Part shown: one piece after another, positions 12,598 through 27,900 of the stretch | Numbering within the stretch: position 1 is the stretch's first letter | How the letters are laid out: each line of letters opens with the position of its first letter | NCBI GenBank assembly: GCA_964016885.1 | Contig: OZ024742.1 | Location: forward strand, 31,496,001-31,560,000 | DNA: 64,000 nucleotides | Reading direction: 5' to 3' | Origin: Eledone cirrhosa | Lineage: Eukaryota | Program-made: the position numbers and the translations under genes | The notes under the pieces: generated by a model | What the model was told of the DNA's origin: nothing | What the model saw: the letters and a program-made list of their open reading frames with translations, nothing else | Databases searched by the model: none

Positions 12598-13958
12598 CAA
12601 TATAAACAGTTTTATAGATAAATAGATTTGACATACCGTAACAACATCGACTTGTATTTGAAAAGTTGAATTGGCAGTGAAAAAATTGTACACAGAGAGA
12701 AAGAAAGAGAGAAAAAAAAGAAAGAAAGACAGAAAACGAAGAAAAAGAAGAAAAAGAAGAAATGCATGGAACAAAATAGAGAGATGGAAAGATAGATAAA
12801 GAGAAGAACTTCATGTAAAGAAACAGAGATATATATATATATAGAGAGAGAGAGGAAATAGAGATAGATATATATATATATAGAAAACTAGGTAGTGGTA
12901 CGTCCGTTGAGTAAACGTATCAATGATACATTTATTTATTTATTTATTTATTTAGCTCTAGTATTAATGTAAGGGAGATATATGTGATTAGGATAGAAAC
13001 CAGCTGTTATATAGAGAGAAAAATTAAAAATAACCAGACATAGGCGAGGCATAAACACCCTATGTTTTAATGTAGAGGTATTAGTATGTATAAAAACCAG
13101 CCACTATATTGCAAATATCAGTATTCCTGAATGAGACATGTATCCATAATGTGTGAAAAGTAATGATCTTATGTTTAGTTTTTTTAAAAAATTCATATGT
13201 TTATGTGATAACTACAAACATCTATGTGAATTTACATGATCAACTCTGCAAACACTAAGTTCACGGAAAACATTCTCATTGTGCTATAAAAATTTAAGTA
13301 TACATATATGTGTATATATATACACACAAATATATATAGAGTCAATATTATTACTATTCCTGTCTTTACTCTACAAGATTATCTATCAAGCAGAAATAGA
13401 GAGCAGATTTCAATATACTAATAAAAATATATATCAGAAACAAAAACAACAATAATAATAATAATAATAAGTAATAATAAAATAGAAAACTAAAAAATAT
13501 TACGAAAGAATATTACATATTAAAAATATTACATATTAAAAATATTAAAAATAAAAATATTAGAAAATACTACAATAATAAAAATAAACCACAAAGATCA
13601 ACCCTTCAAAATTAATTGACAATATATTGCCAAGTTCATTATAAGCATCAGAGTCGAAAAACAGACAAAGCCAAAAATTATTTATCAAATCGCATCTAGC
13701 AAAGATCATTTCAAAAAGTTTAGGATGCCCATTTGGTCTACATGTGTTCTTATATTTAATATAGAAGTTTATCTAGTGTAACGTTTATTCGAAATATTTG
13801 GAGCATCACCTTTTAGGGTAGCTTAATTTTTCATGAAGAATGTTTAAATAAAAAATAAAAATAAAAATAAAAATAAAAATAAAAATAAAAAGAATAAAAG
13901 AAGAAATCAAAGATTTATCGGCTAGTTTCCCATATAATTATAAATCAAACTAAATATA

Positions 13959-14853
13959 CTACATTTTAAATTTAAATTTATATTTAAACGTTGAGTTTAT
14001 TCTATGTTTGCAGCAACTGAATAAATTTGTCCGTAGATTAAGGGAATTTTTAGATTTTAGTATAAAGAATATCTCCTCTGCGCAGAGGTCACATGTCTCA
14101 GAGGATGAATTAAAAGGAATCCCTCTTGAGACTATATTCCAAGCCGTCGAATATCTAACGTTATCTAGCTTAAGTTGCCAGAGTACGCCTGATAGTGCCG
14201 TTGAAGATTTTTTGCTTGGATCTGTGAAAGAATTCTTGTGGTTATTATAGCGAAGTTTAAATTCCGTCGATGTGGAACCGACGTAGTTAAAAGAATTAGA
14301 GTCAGTTTTAACATTACAATTGTATACTATATTTTTAACTAAGCAGTTGTTATTTAACGGATATTTAGATCTATCTCTACAGTTACATTTGTTAACTTGT
14401 ATATTATTTATGCTATTATCACTAGGTTTTAAGTTCCTATTATTTATTCTATTAATATTTTGTGCTAAATTTTTGGTGGATGAGTAGGTTAATTTTATTG
14501 TATGTCTATTGAAAATTGAGTGATACCTATGTGTTTTAGGGAAGCGATTATCAAGAGCTTTAAAAAATAGTTTAGCGATGTGGGTTTTAATGTTTAGTGA
14601 GAAAGGGGGGGCAAACCAAATTATGTTCCTAGTTCTATTTCTTTTTTGGCCTTTGGAATTATTGTAATGCTTTCTATTATAGTTGTTAAGGTTGTTGCCG
14701 TAATTAAAATAGTTGTTATTTTGTTTAGTTTGTCTATCATTATCTATGTACATAATCTCATCAGCATATCCTGCTCTAGCTAATGCTTCATTGTAGTATT
14801 GGGCTTTTTCGTCGAAAATCTTTCTATTCGACGAGATCCTAGAGATACGTTTT
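13959..14853 (-). CDS. PLE C-terminal region: RT thumb + GIY-YIG endonuclease (truncated)
   Basis: The frame is open from ~14853: RISRISS...YNEALARAGY...IIWFAPPFS...CNCR...NIVY...YVGST..FKLRYNNHKNSF...CDLC..E...CCKHR. Confidence 0.9.
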
Positions 14854-14921
<68 letters not shown>

Positions 14922-14924
<3 letters not shown>

Positions 14925-15078
14925 GTGGAACACTGGAAGGTATTATCCGTATTGGTAGAGCACTCAGTCCAAGGCACGAGTTAGATAGAAGTGGTTACAT
15001 CAATCCCGAGCTGAAGAACCGCGAGGGTGAAAGAATTGTTCTCGGTATGGTGAACTAACTGTTGTGTAACCACTTCTA
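14922..15078 (+). mobile_element. 157-bp HHR element (HHR 15006-15045)
   Basis: ccgag-CTGAAGA-acc-gcgag-ggt-GAAA-g-aatt-g-TT-ctcgg, within the inverted repeat TAGAAGTGGTTACA/TGTAACCACTTCTA. Confidence 0.85.
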
Positions 15079-15104
15079 TATATATACCCGTGGGCATATT
15101 AACT

Positions 15105-15356
<252 letters not shown>

Positions 15357-15764
15357 GAAAAAATATATATATATATATATATATATTAATATCATTTGTA
15401 CTGCCTCTTCGTTTTCTGTCTTTTGTTCTCTGTTTATTTATTAAACTATGACTTGTAACGCCCTGCTTCGCATAAAATGTCACATATCATGCCATGCCTG
15501 TGCTTGAAGCTTTTTTAAGTGAGGAAAGGCCTTGCATGGAGCCGATCCCAGTCTCTGAACATCGAATGCATTTTCCTAATAAGAAGAACTGGTCTACATC
15601 ATTGGATGCAAACGAAGTCGCACGTTTTATATCGAGTAACCTTCTTCTAGAGAGACGTCTTAATGAAGACTGGGAGTCTCTCGCTCCACAAAAAATAAAG
15701 ATATGTGGTAGCTATGGCATAACATAGTAACTAAGACACTTCTGTGTAGTAAGAGGTATGAGGT

Positions 15765-15967
15765 AGATATGACATAACATAGAAACTATGACATATCTAT
15801 ATAACAGTAATAAGAGATATTAGGTATACATGACAACATAGAAACTATGACATATCTATATAACAGTAATAAGAGATATTAGGTATACATGACATAAAAT
15901 AGAAACTATGACATATCTATATAACAGTAATAAGAGATATTAGTTAGATATGACATAACATAGAAAC
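15765..15967 (+). repeat. Three to four ~60-bp variant units at the satellite edge
   Basis: Repeats of tgacataacatagaaactatgacatatctatataacagtaataagagatattaggtataca. Confidence 0.85.
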
Positions 15968-18900
15968 CATGACATATATATATAACAGTAATAAGAGAGT
16001 TATTAGGAAGATATGACATATCTATATAACAGACAGTAATAAGAGAGATATGAAGTAGATATAACATATCTATATAACAATAATAAGAGAGTTATTAGGA
16101 AGATATGACATATCAATATAACAGTAATAAGAGAGATATGAAGTAGATATGACATATCTATATGACAGTAATAAGAGAGATATGAAGTAGATATGACATA
16201 TCTATATAACAATAATAAGAGAGTTATTAGGAAGATATGACATATCTATATAACAATAATAAGAGAGTTATTAGGAAGATATGACATATCTATATAACGG
16301 TAATAAGAGATATATGAAGTAGATATGACATATCTATATAACAATAATAAGAGACTTATTAGGAAGATATGACATATCTATATAACAGTAATAAGAGAGT
16401 TATTAGGAAGATATGACATATCTATATAACAGTAATAAGAGAGATATAAGGAAAATATGACATATCTATATAACAGTAATAAGAGAGATATGAAGTAGAT
16501 ATGACATATCTATATAACAATAATAAGAGAGTTATTAGGAAGATATGACATATCTATATAACAATAATAAGAGAGTTATTAGGAAGATATGACATATCTA
16601 TATAACGGTAATAAGAGTGATATGAAGTAGATATGACATATCTATATAACAGTAATAAGAGAGATATGAAGTAGATATGACATATCTATATAACAATAAT
16701 AAGAGAGTTATTAGGAAGATATGACATACCTATATAATAGTAATGAGAGAGATATGAAGTAGATATGACATATCTATATAACAGTAATAAGAGAGATATG
16801 AAGTAGATATGACATATCTATATAACAATAATAAAAGAGTTATTAGGAAGATATGACATATCTATATAACGGTAATAAGAGAGATATGAAGTAGATATGA
16901 CATATCTATATAACAGTAATAAGAGAGATATGTGGAAGATATGACATATCTATATAACAGTAATAAGAGATATGAAGTAGATATGACATATCTATATAAC
17001 AATAATAAGAGAGATATGAAGTAGATATGACATATGTATATAACAGTAATAAGAGAGATATGAGGAAAATATGACATATCTATATAACAGTAATAAGAGA
17101 GATATGAAGTAGATATGACATATCTATATAACAATAATAAGAGTTATTAGGAAGATATGATATATTTATATAACAGTAATAAGAGAGATATGAAGTAGAT
17201 ATGACATATCTATATAACAGTAATAAGAGAGATATGTGGAAGATATGACATATCTATATAACAGTAATAAGAGAGATATGAAGTAGATATGACATATCTA
17301 TATAACAATAATAAGAGAGATATGAGGTAGATATGACATATGTATATAACAGTAATAAGAGAGATATGAGGAAAATATGACATGTCTATATAACAGTAAT
17401 AAGAGAGATATGAAGTAGATATGACATATCTATATAACAATAATAAGAGAGTTATTAGGAAGATATGACATATCTATATAACAGTAATAAGAGAGATATG
17501 AAGTAGATATGACATATCTATATAACAGTAATAAGAGAGATATGTGGAAGATATGACATATTTATATAACAATATTAAGAGAGATATGAAGTAGATATGA
17601 CATATTTATATAACAATAATAAGAGAGATATGAGGTAGATATGACATATCTATATAACAGTAATAAGAGAGATATGAAGTAGATATGACATATCTAGATT
17701 ACGGTAATAAGAGAGATACGAAGTAGATATGACATATCTATATAACAGTAATAAGAGAGTTATTAGGAAGATATGACATATCTATATAACAGTAATAAGA
17801 GAGTTATTAGGAAGATATGACATATCTATATAACAGTAATAAGAGAGATATGAAGTAGATATGACATATCTATATAACAATAATAAGAGAGTTATTAGGA
17901 AGATATGACATATCTATATAACAATAATAAGAGAGTTATTAGGAAGATATGACATATCTATATAACGTTAATAAGAGAGATATGAATTAGATAGGACATA
18001 TCTATATAACAATAATAAGAGAGTTATTAGGAAGATATGACATATCTATATAACAATAATAAGAGAGTTATTAGGAAGATATGACATATCTATATAACGG
18101 TAATAAGAGTGATATGAAGTAGATATGACATATCTATATAACAGTAATAAGAGAGATATGAAGTAGATATGACATATCTATATAACAATAATAAGAGAGT
18201 TATTAGGAAGATATGACATACCTATATAATAGTAATGAGAGAGATATGAAGTAGATATGACATATCTATATAACAGTAATAAGAGAGATATGAAGTAGAT
18301 ATGACATATCTATATAACAATAATAAAAGAGTTATTAGGAAGATATGACATATCTATATAACGGTAATAAGAGAGATATGAAGTAGATATGACATATCTA
18401 TATAACAGTAATAAGAGAGATATGTGGAAGATATGACATATCTATATAACAGTAATAAGAGATATGAAGTAGATATGACATATCTATATAACAATAATAA
18501 GAGAGATATGAAGTAGATATGACATATGTATATAACAGTAATAAGAGAGATATGAGGAAAATATGACATATCTATATAACAGTAATAAGAGAGATATGAA
18601 GTAGATATGACATATCTATATAACAATAATAAGAGTTATTAGGAAGATATGATATATTTATATAACAGTAATAAGAGAGATATGAAGTAGATATGACATA
18701 TCTATATAACAGTAATAAGAGAGATATGTGGAAGATATGACATATCTATATAACAGTAATAAGAGAGATATGAAGTAGATATGACATATCTATATAACAA
18801 TAATAAGAGAGATATGAGGTAGATATGACATATGTATATAACAGTAATAAGAGAGATATGAGGAAAATATGACATGTCTATATAACAGTAATAAGAGAGA

Positions 18901-21900
18901 TATGAAGTAGATATGACATATCTATATAACAATAATAAGAGAGTTATTAGGAAGATATGACATATCTATATAACAGTAATAAGAGAGATATGAAGTAGAT
19001 ATGACATATCTATATAACAGTAATAAGAGAGATATGTGGAAGATATGACATATTTATATAACAATATTAAGAGAGATATGAAGTAGATATGACATATTTA
19101 TATAACAATAATAAGAGAGATATGAGGTAGATATGACATATCTATATAACAGTAATAAGAGAGATATGAAGTAGATATGACATATCTAGATTACGGTAAT
19201 AAGAGAGATATGAAGTAGATATGACATATCTATATAACAGTAATAAGAGAGTTATTAGGAAGATATGACATATCTATATAACAGTAATAAGAGAGTTATT
19301 AGGAAGATATGACATATCTATATAACAGTAATAAGAGAGATATGAAGTAGATATGACATATCTATATAACAATAATAAGAGAGTTATTAGGAAGATATGA
19401 CATATCTATATAACAATAATAAGAGTGTTATTAGGAAGATATGACATATCTATATAACAATAATAAGAGAGTTATTAGGAAGATATGACATATCTATATA
19501 ACGGTAATAAGAGAGATATGAATTAGATAGGACATATCTATATAACAATAATAAGAGAGTTATTAGGAAGATATGACATATCTATATAACAGTAATAAGA
19601 GAGATATGAAGTAGACATGACATATCTATATAACAGTAATAAGAGAGATATGAAGTAGATATGACATATCTATATAACAATAATAAGAGAGTTATTAGGA
19701 AGATATGACATATCTATATAACAATAATAAGAGAGTTATTAGGAAGATATGACATATCTATATAACAATAATAAGAGAGTTATTAGGAAGATATGACATA
19801 TCTATATAACAGTAATAGGAGAGATATGAAGTAGATATGACATATCTATATAACAATAATAAGAGTTATTAGGAAGATATGACATATCTATATAACAGTA
19901 ATAAGAGAGATATGAAGTAGATATGACATATCTATATAACAGTAATAAGAGAGTTATTAGGAAGATATGACATATCTGTATAACAGTAATAAGAGAGATA
20001 TGAAGTAGATATGACATATCTATATAACAGTAATAAGAGAGATATGTGGAAGATATGACATATCTATATAACAATAATAAGAGAGATATGAAGTAGATAT
20101 GACATATCTATATAGCAGTAATAAGAGAGATATGAAGTAGATATGACATATCTATATAACAGTAATAAAAGAGATATGAAGTAGATATTACATATATATA
20201 TAACAATAATAAGAGAGTTATTAGGAAGATATGACATATCTATATAACAATAATAAGAGAGTTATTAAGAAAGATATGACATATCTATATAACGGTAATA
20301 AGAGAGATATGAAGTAGATATGACATAACTATATAACAATAATAAGAGAGTTATTAGGAAGATATGACATATCTATATAACAGTATTAAGAGAGATATGA
20401 GGAAAATATGACATATCTATACAACAGTAATAAGAGAGATATGAAGTAGATATGACATATCTATATAACAATAATAAGAGAGTTATTAGGAAGATATGAC
20501 ATATCGATATAACAGTAATAAGAGAGATATGAAGTAGATATGACATATCTATATAACAGTAATAAGAGAGATATGAAGTAGATATGACATATCTATATAA
20601 CAATAATAAAAGAGTTATTAGGAAGATATGACATATCTATATAACGGTAATAAGAGAGATGTGAAGTAGATCTGACATATCTATATAACAGTAATAAGAG
20701 AGATATGAAATAGATATGACATATCTATATAACAATAATAAGAGAGATGTGAAGTAGATATGACATATCTATATAACAGTAATAAGAGAGATATGAAATA
20801 GATATGACATATCTATATAACAATAATAAGAGAGATATGAAGTAGATATGACATATCTATATAACAGTATTAAGAGAGATATGAGGAAAATATGACATAT
20901 CTATACAACAGTAATAAGAGAGATATGAAGTAGATATGACATATCTATATAACAATAATAAGAGAGTTATTAGGAAGATATGACATATCGATATAACAGT
21001 AATAAGAGAGATATGAAGTAGATATGACATATCTATATAACAGTAATAAGAGAGATATGAAGTAGATATGACATATCTATATAACAATAATAAAAGAGTT
21101 ATTAGGAAGATATGACATATCTATATAACGGTAATAAGAGAGATATGAAGTAGATATGACATATCTATATAACAGTAATAAGAGAGATATGTGGAAGATA
21201 TGACATATCTATATAACAGTAATAAGAGAGATATGAAGTAGATATGACATATCTATATAACAATAATAAGAGAGATATGAAGTAGATATGACATATGTAT
21301 ATAACAGTAATAAGAGAGATATGAGGAAAATATGACATATCTATATAACAGTAATAAGAGAGATATGAAGTAGATATGACATATCTATATAACAATAATA
21401 AGAGTTATTAGGAAGATATGATATATTTATATAACAGTAATAAGAGAGATATGAAGTAGATATGACATATCTATATAACAGTAATAAGAGAGATATGTGG
21501 AAGATATGACATATCTATATAACAGTAATAAGAGAGATATGAAGTAGATATGACATATCTATATAACAATAATAAGAGAGATATGAGGTAGATATGACAT
21601 ATGTATATAACAGTAATAAGAGAGATATGAAGTAGATATGACATATTTATATAACAATAATAAGAGAGATATGTGGTAGATATGACATATCTATATAACA
21701 GTAATAAGAGAGATATGAAGTAGATATGACATATCTAGATTACGGTAATAAGAGAGATATGAAGTAGATATGACATATCTATATAACAGTAATAAGAGAG
21801 TTATTAGGAAGATATGACATATCTATATAACAGTAATAAGAGAGTTATTAGGAAGATATGACATATCTATATAACAGTAATAAGAGAGATATGAAGTAGA

Positions 21901-24900
21901 TATGACATATCTATATAACAATAATAAGAGAGTTATTAGGAAGATATGACATATCTATATAACAATAATAAGAGTGTTATTAGGAAGATATGACATATCT
22001 ATATAACAATAATAAGAGAGTTATTAGGAAGATATGACATATCTATATAACGGTAATAAGAGAGATATGAATTAGATAGGACATATCTATATAACAATAA
22101 TAAGAGAGTTATTAGGAAGATATGACATATCTATATAACAGTAATAAGAGAGATATGAAGTAGACATGACATATCTATATAACAGTAATAAGAGAGATAT
22201 GAAGTAGATATGACATATCTATATAACAATAATAAGAGAGTTATTAGGAAGATATGACATATCTATATAACAATAATAAGAGAGTTATTAGGAAGATATG
22301 ACATATCTATATAACAATAATAAGAGAGTTATTAGGAAGATATGACATATCTATATAACAGTAATAGGAGAGATATGAAGTAGATATGACATATCTATAT
22401 AACAATAATAAGAGTTATTAGGAAGATATGACATATCTATATAACAGTAATAAGAGAGATATGAAGTAGATATGACATATCTATATAACAGTAATAAGAG
22501 AGTTATTAGGAAGATATGACATATCTGTATAACAGTAATAAGAGAGATATGAAGTAGATATGACATATCTATATAACAGTAATAAGAGAGATATGTGGAA
22601 GATATGACATATCTATATAACAATAATAAGAGAGATATGAAGTAGATATGACATATCTATATAGCAGTAATAAGAGAGATATGAAGTAGATATGACATAT
22701 CTATATAACAGTAATAAGAGAGATATGAAGTAGATATTACATATCTATATAACAATAATAAGAGAGTTATTAGGAAGATATGACATATCTATATAACAAT
22801 AATAAGAGAGTTATTAAGAAAGATATGACATATCTATATAACGGTAATAAGAGAGATATGAAGTAGATAAGACATAACTATATAACAATAATAAGAGAGT
22901 TATTAGGAAGATATGACATATCTATATAACAGTAATAAGAGAGATATGAAGTAGATATGACATATCTATATAACAATAATTAGAGAGATATGAAGTAGAT
23001 ATGACATATCTATATAACAATAATAAGAGAGTTATTAGGAATATATGACATATCTATATAACAGTAATAAGAGAGATATGAAGTAGATATGACATATCTA
23101 TATAACAGTAATAAGAGAGATATGAAGTAGATATGACATATCTATATAACAATAATAAGAGAGATATGAAGTAGATATGACATATCTATATAACAGTAAT
23201 AAGAGAGTTATTAGGAAGATATGACATATCAATATAACGGTAATAAGAGAGATGTGAAGTAGATCTGACATATCTATATAACAGTAATAAGAGAGATATG
23301 AAATAGATATGACATATCTATATAACAATAATAAGAGAGATGTGAAGTAGATATGACATACCTATATAACAGTAATAAGAGAGATATGAAATAGATATGA
23401 CATATCTATATAACAATAATAAGAGAGATATGAAGAAGATATGACATATCTATATAACAGTATTAAGAGAGATATGAGGAAAATATGACATATCTATACA
23501 ACAGTAATAAGAGAGATATGAAGTAGATATGACATATCTATATAACAATAATAAGAGAGTTATTAGGAAGATATGACATATCTATATAACAATAATAAGA
23601 GAGTTATTAAGAAAGATATGACATATCTATATAACGGTAATAAGAGAGATATGAAGTAGATATGACATAACTATATAACAATAATAAGAGAGTTATTAGG
23701 AAGATATGACATATCTATATAACAGTAATAAGAGAGATATGAAGTAGATATGACATATCTATATAACAATAATTAGAGAGATATGAAGTAGATATGACAT
23801 ATCTATATAACAATAATAAGAGAGTTATTAGGAAGATATGACATATCTATATAACAGTAATAAGAGAGATATGAAGTAGATATGACATATCTATATAACA
23901 GTAATAAGAGAGATATGAAGTAGATATGACATATCTATATAACAATAATAAGAGAGATATGAAGTAGATATGACATATCTATATAACAGTAATAAGAGAG
24001 TTATTAGGAAGATATGACATATCTATATAACGGTAATAAGAGAGATGTGAAGTAGATCTGACATATCTATATAACAGTAATAAGAGAGATATGAAATAGA
24101 TATGACATATCTATATAACAATAATAAGAGAGATGTGAAGTAGATATGACATATCTATATAACAGTAATAAGAGAGATATGAAATAGATATGACATATCT
24201 ATATAACAATAATAAGAGAGATATGAAGTAGATATGACATATCTATATAACAGTATTAAGATAGATATGAGGAAAATATGACATATCTATACAACAGTAA
24301 TAAGAGAGATATGAAGTAGATATGACATATCTATATAACAATAATAAGAGAGTTATTAGGAAGAAATGACATATCGATATAACAGTAATAAGAGAGATAT
24401 GAAGTAGATATGACATATCTATATAACAGTAATAAGAGAGATATGAAGTAGATATGACATATCTATATAACAATAATAAGAGTTATTAGGAAGATATGAC
24501 ATATCTATATAACAGTAATAAGAGAGATAGGAAGTTGATATAACATATCTATATAACAGTAATACGAGAGATATGAGGAAGATATGACATATCTATATAA
24601 CAGTAATAAGAGAGATATCAAGTAGATATGACATATCTATATAACAGTAATAAGAGAGTTATTAGGAAGATATGACATATCTATATAACGTTAATAAGAG
24701 AGATATGAAGTAGATATGACATATCTATATAACAGTAATAAGAGAGATATGTGGAAGATATGACATATCTATATAACAGTAATAAGAGAGATATGAAGTA
24801 GATATGACATATCTATATAACAATAAGAAGAAAGATATGAAGTAGATATGACATATCTATATAACAGTAATAAGAGAGATATGAGGAAAATATGACATAT

Positions 24901-27900
24901 CTATATAACAGTAATAAGAGAGATATGAAGTAGATATGACATATCTATATAACAATAATATGAGAGTTATTAGGAAGATATGACATATCTATATAACAGT
25001 CATAAGAGAGATATGAAGTAGATATGACATATCTATATAACAATAACAAGCGTTATTAGGAAGATATGACATATCTATATAACAGTAATAAGAGAGATAT
25101 GAAGTAGATATGACATATCTATATAAGAGTAATAAGAGAGTTATTAGGAAGATATGACATATCTATATAACAGTAATAAGAGGGATATGAAGTAGATATG
25201 ACATATCTATATAACAGTAATAAGAGAGATATGAAGTAGATATGACATATCTATATAACAATAATTAGAGAGATATGAAGTAGATATGACATATCTATAT
25301 AACAATAATAAGAGAGTTATTAGGAAGATATGACATATCTATATAACGGTAATAAGAGAGATGTGAAGTAGATCTGACATATCTATATAACAGTAATAAG
25401 AGAGATATGAAATAGATATGACATATCTATATAACAATAATAAGAGAGATGTGAAGTAGATATGACATATCTATATAACAGTAATAAGAGAGATATGAAA
25501 TAGATATGACATATCTATATAACAATAATAAGAGAGATATGAAGTAGATATGACATATCTATATAACAGTATTAAGAGAGATATGAGGAAAATATGACAT
25601 ATCTATACAACAGTAATAAGAGAGATATGAAGTAGATATGACATATCTATATAACAATAATAAGAGAGTTATTAGGAAGATATGACATATCGATATAACA
25701 GTAATAAGAGAGATATGAAGTAGATATGACATATCTATATAACAGTAATAAGAGAGATATGAAGTAGATATGACATATCTATATAACAATAATAAAAGAG
25801 TTATTAGGAAGATATGACATATCTATATAACGGTAATAAGAGAGATATGAAGTAGATATGACATATCTATATAACAGTAATAAGAGAGATATGAAGTAGA
25901 TATGACATATCTATATAACAATAATAAGAGAGATATGAAGTAGATATGACATATGTATATAACAGTAATAAGAGAGATATGAGGAAAATATGACATATCT
26001 ATTTAACAGTAATAAGAGAGATATGAAGTAGATATGACATATCTATATAACAATAATAAGAGTTATTAGGAAGATATGATATATTTATATAACAGTAATA
26101 AGAGAGATATGAAGTAGATATGACATATCTATATAACAGTAATAAGAGAGATATGTGGAAGATATGACATATCTATATAACAGTAATAAGAGAGATATGA
26201 AGTAGATATGACATATCTATATAACAATAATAAGAGAGATATGAGGTAGATATGACATATGTATATAACAGTAATAAGAGAGATATGAAGTAGATATGAC
26301 ATATTTATATAACAATAATAAGAGAGATATGAGGTAGATATGACATATCTATATAACAGTAATAAGAGAGATATGAAGTAGATATGACATATCTAGATTA
26401 CGGTAATAAGAGAGATATGAAGTAGATATGACATATCTATATAACAGTAATAAGAGAGTTATTAGGAAGATATGACATATCTATATAACAGTAATAAGAT
26501 AGTTATTAGGAAGATATGACATATCTATATAACAGTAATAAGAGAGATATGAAGTAGATATGACATATCTATATAACAATAATAAGAGAGTTATTAGGAA
26601 GATATGACATATCTATATAACAATAATAAGAGTGTTATTAGGAAGATATGACATATCTATATAACAATAATAAGAGAGTTATTAGGAAGATATGACATAT
26701 CTATATAACGGTAATAAGAGAGATATGAATTAGATAGGACATATCTATATAACAATAATAAGAGAGTTATTAGGAAGATATGACATATCTATATAACAGT
26801 AATAAGAGAGATATGAAGTAGACATGACATATCTATATAACAGTAATAAGAGAGATATGAAGTAGATATGACATATCTATATAACAATAATAAGAGAGTT
26901 ATTAGGAAGATATGACATATCTATATAACAATAATAAGAGAGTTATTAGGAAGATATGACATATCTATATAACAATAATAAGAGAGTTATTAGGAAGATA
27001 TGACATATCTATATAACAGTAATAGGAGAGATATGAAGTAGATATGACATATCTATATAACAATAATAAGAGTTTTTAGGAAGATATGACATATCTATAT
27101 AACAGTAATAAGAGAGATATGAAGTAGATATGACATATCTATATAACAGTAATAAGAGAGTTATTAGGAAGATATGACATATCTGTATAACAGTAATAAG
27201 AGAGATATGAAGTAGATATGACATATCTATATAACAGTAATAAGAGAGATATGTGGAAGATATGACATATCTATATAACAATAATAAGAGAGATATGAAG
27301 TAGATATGACATATCTATATAGCAGTAATAAGAGAGATATGAAGTAGATATGACATATCTATATAGCAGTAATAAGAGAGATATGAAGTAGATATTACAT
27401 ATCTATATAACAATAATAAGAGAGTTATTAGGAAGATATGACATATCTATATAACAATAATAAGAGAGTTATTAAGAAAGATATGACATATCTATATAAC
27501 GGTAATAAGAGAGATATGAAGTAGATATGACATAACTATATAACAATAATAAGAGAGTTATTAGGAAGATATGACATATCTATATAACAGTAATAAGAGA
27601 GATATGAAGTAGATATGACATATCTATATAACAATAATTAGAAAGATATGAAGTAGATATGACATATCTATATAACAATAATAAGAGAGTTATTAGGAAG
27701 ATATGACATATCTATATAACAGTAATAAGAGAGATATGAAGTAGATATGACATATCTATATAACAGTAATAAGAGAGATATGAAGTAGATATGACATATC
27801 TATATAACAATAATAAGAGAGATATGAAGTAGATATGACATATCTATATAACAGTAATAAGAGAGTTATTAGGAAGATATGACATATCAATATAACGGTA

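Larger units (their letters stand above)
12496..14853 (-). mobile_element. 5'-truncated Penelope-like element, probably Hydra clade (thumb + GIY-YIG + long 3' UTR with HHR)
   Basis: A GIY-YIG ORF with an HHR on the same strand near the (TA)n boundary. Continuity of the 1.4-kb UTR is inferred. Confidence 0.75.

Noticed and set aside
15494-15727. 77-aa ORF next to the satellite
   Set aside because: No recognisable motif or splice support; it cannot be called from sequence alone.
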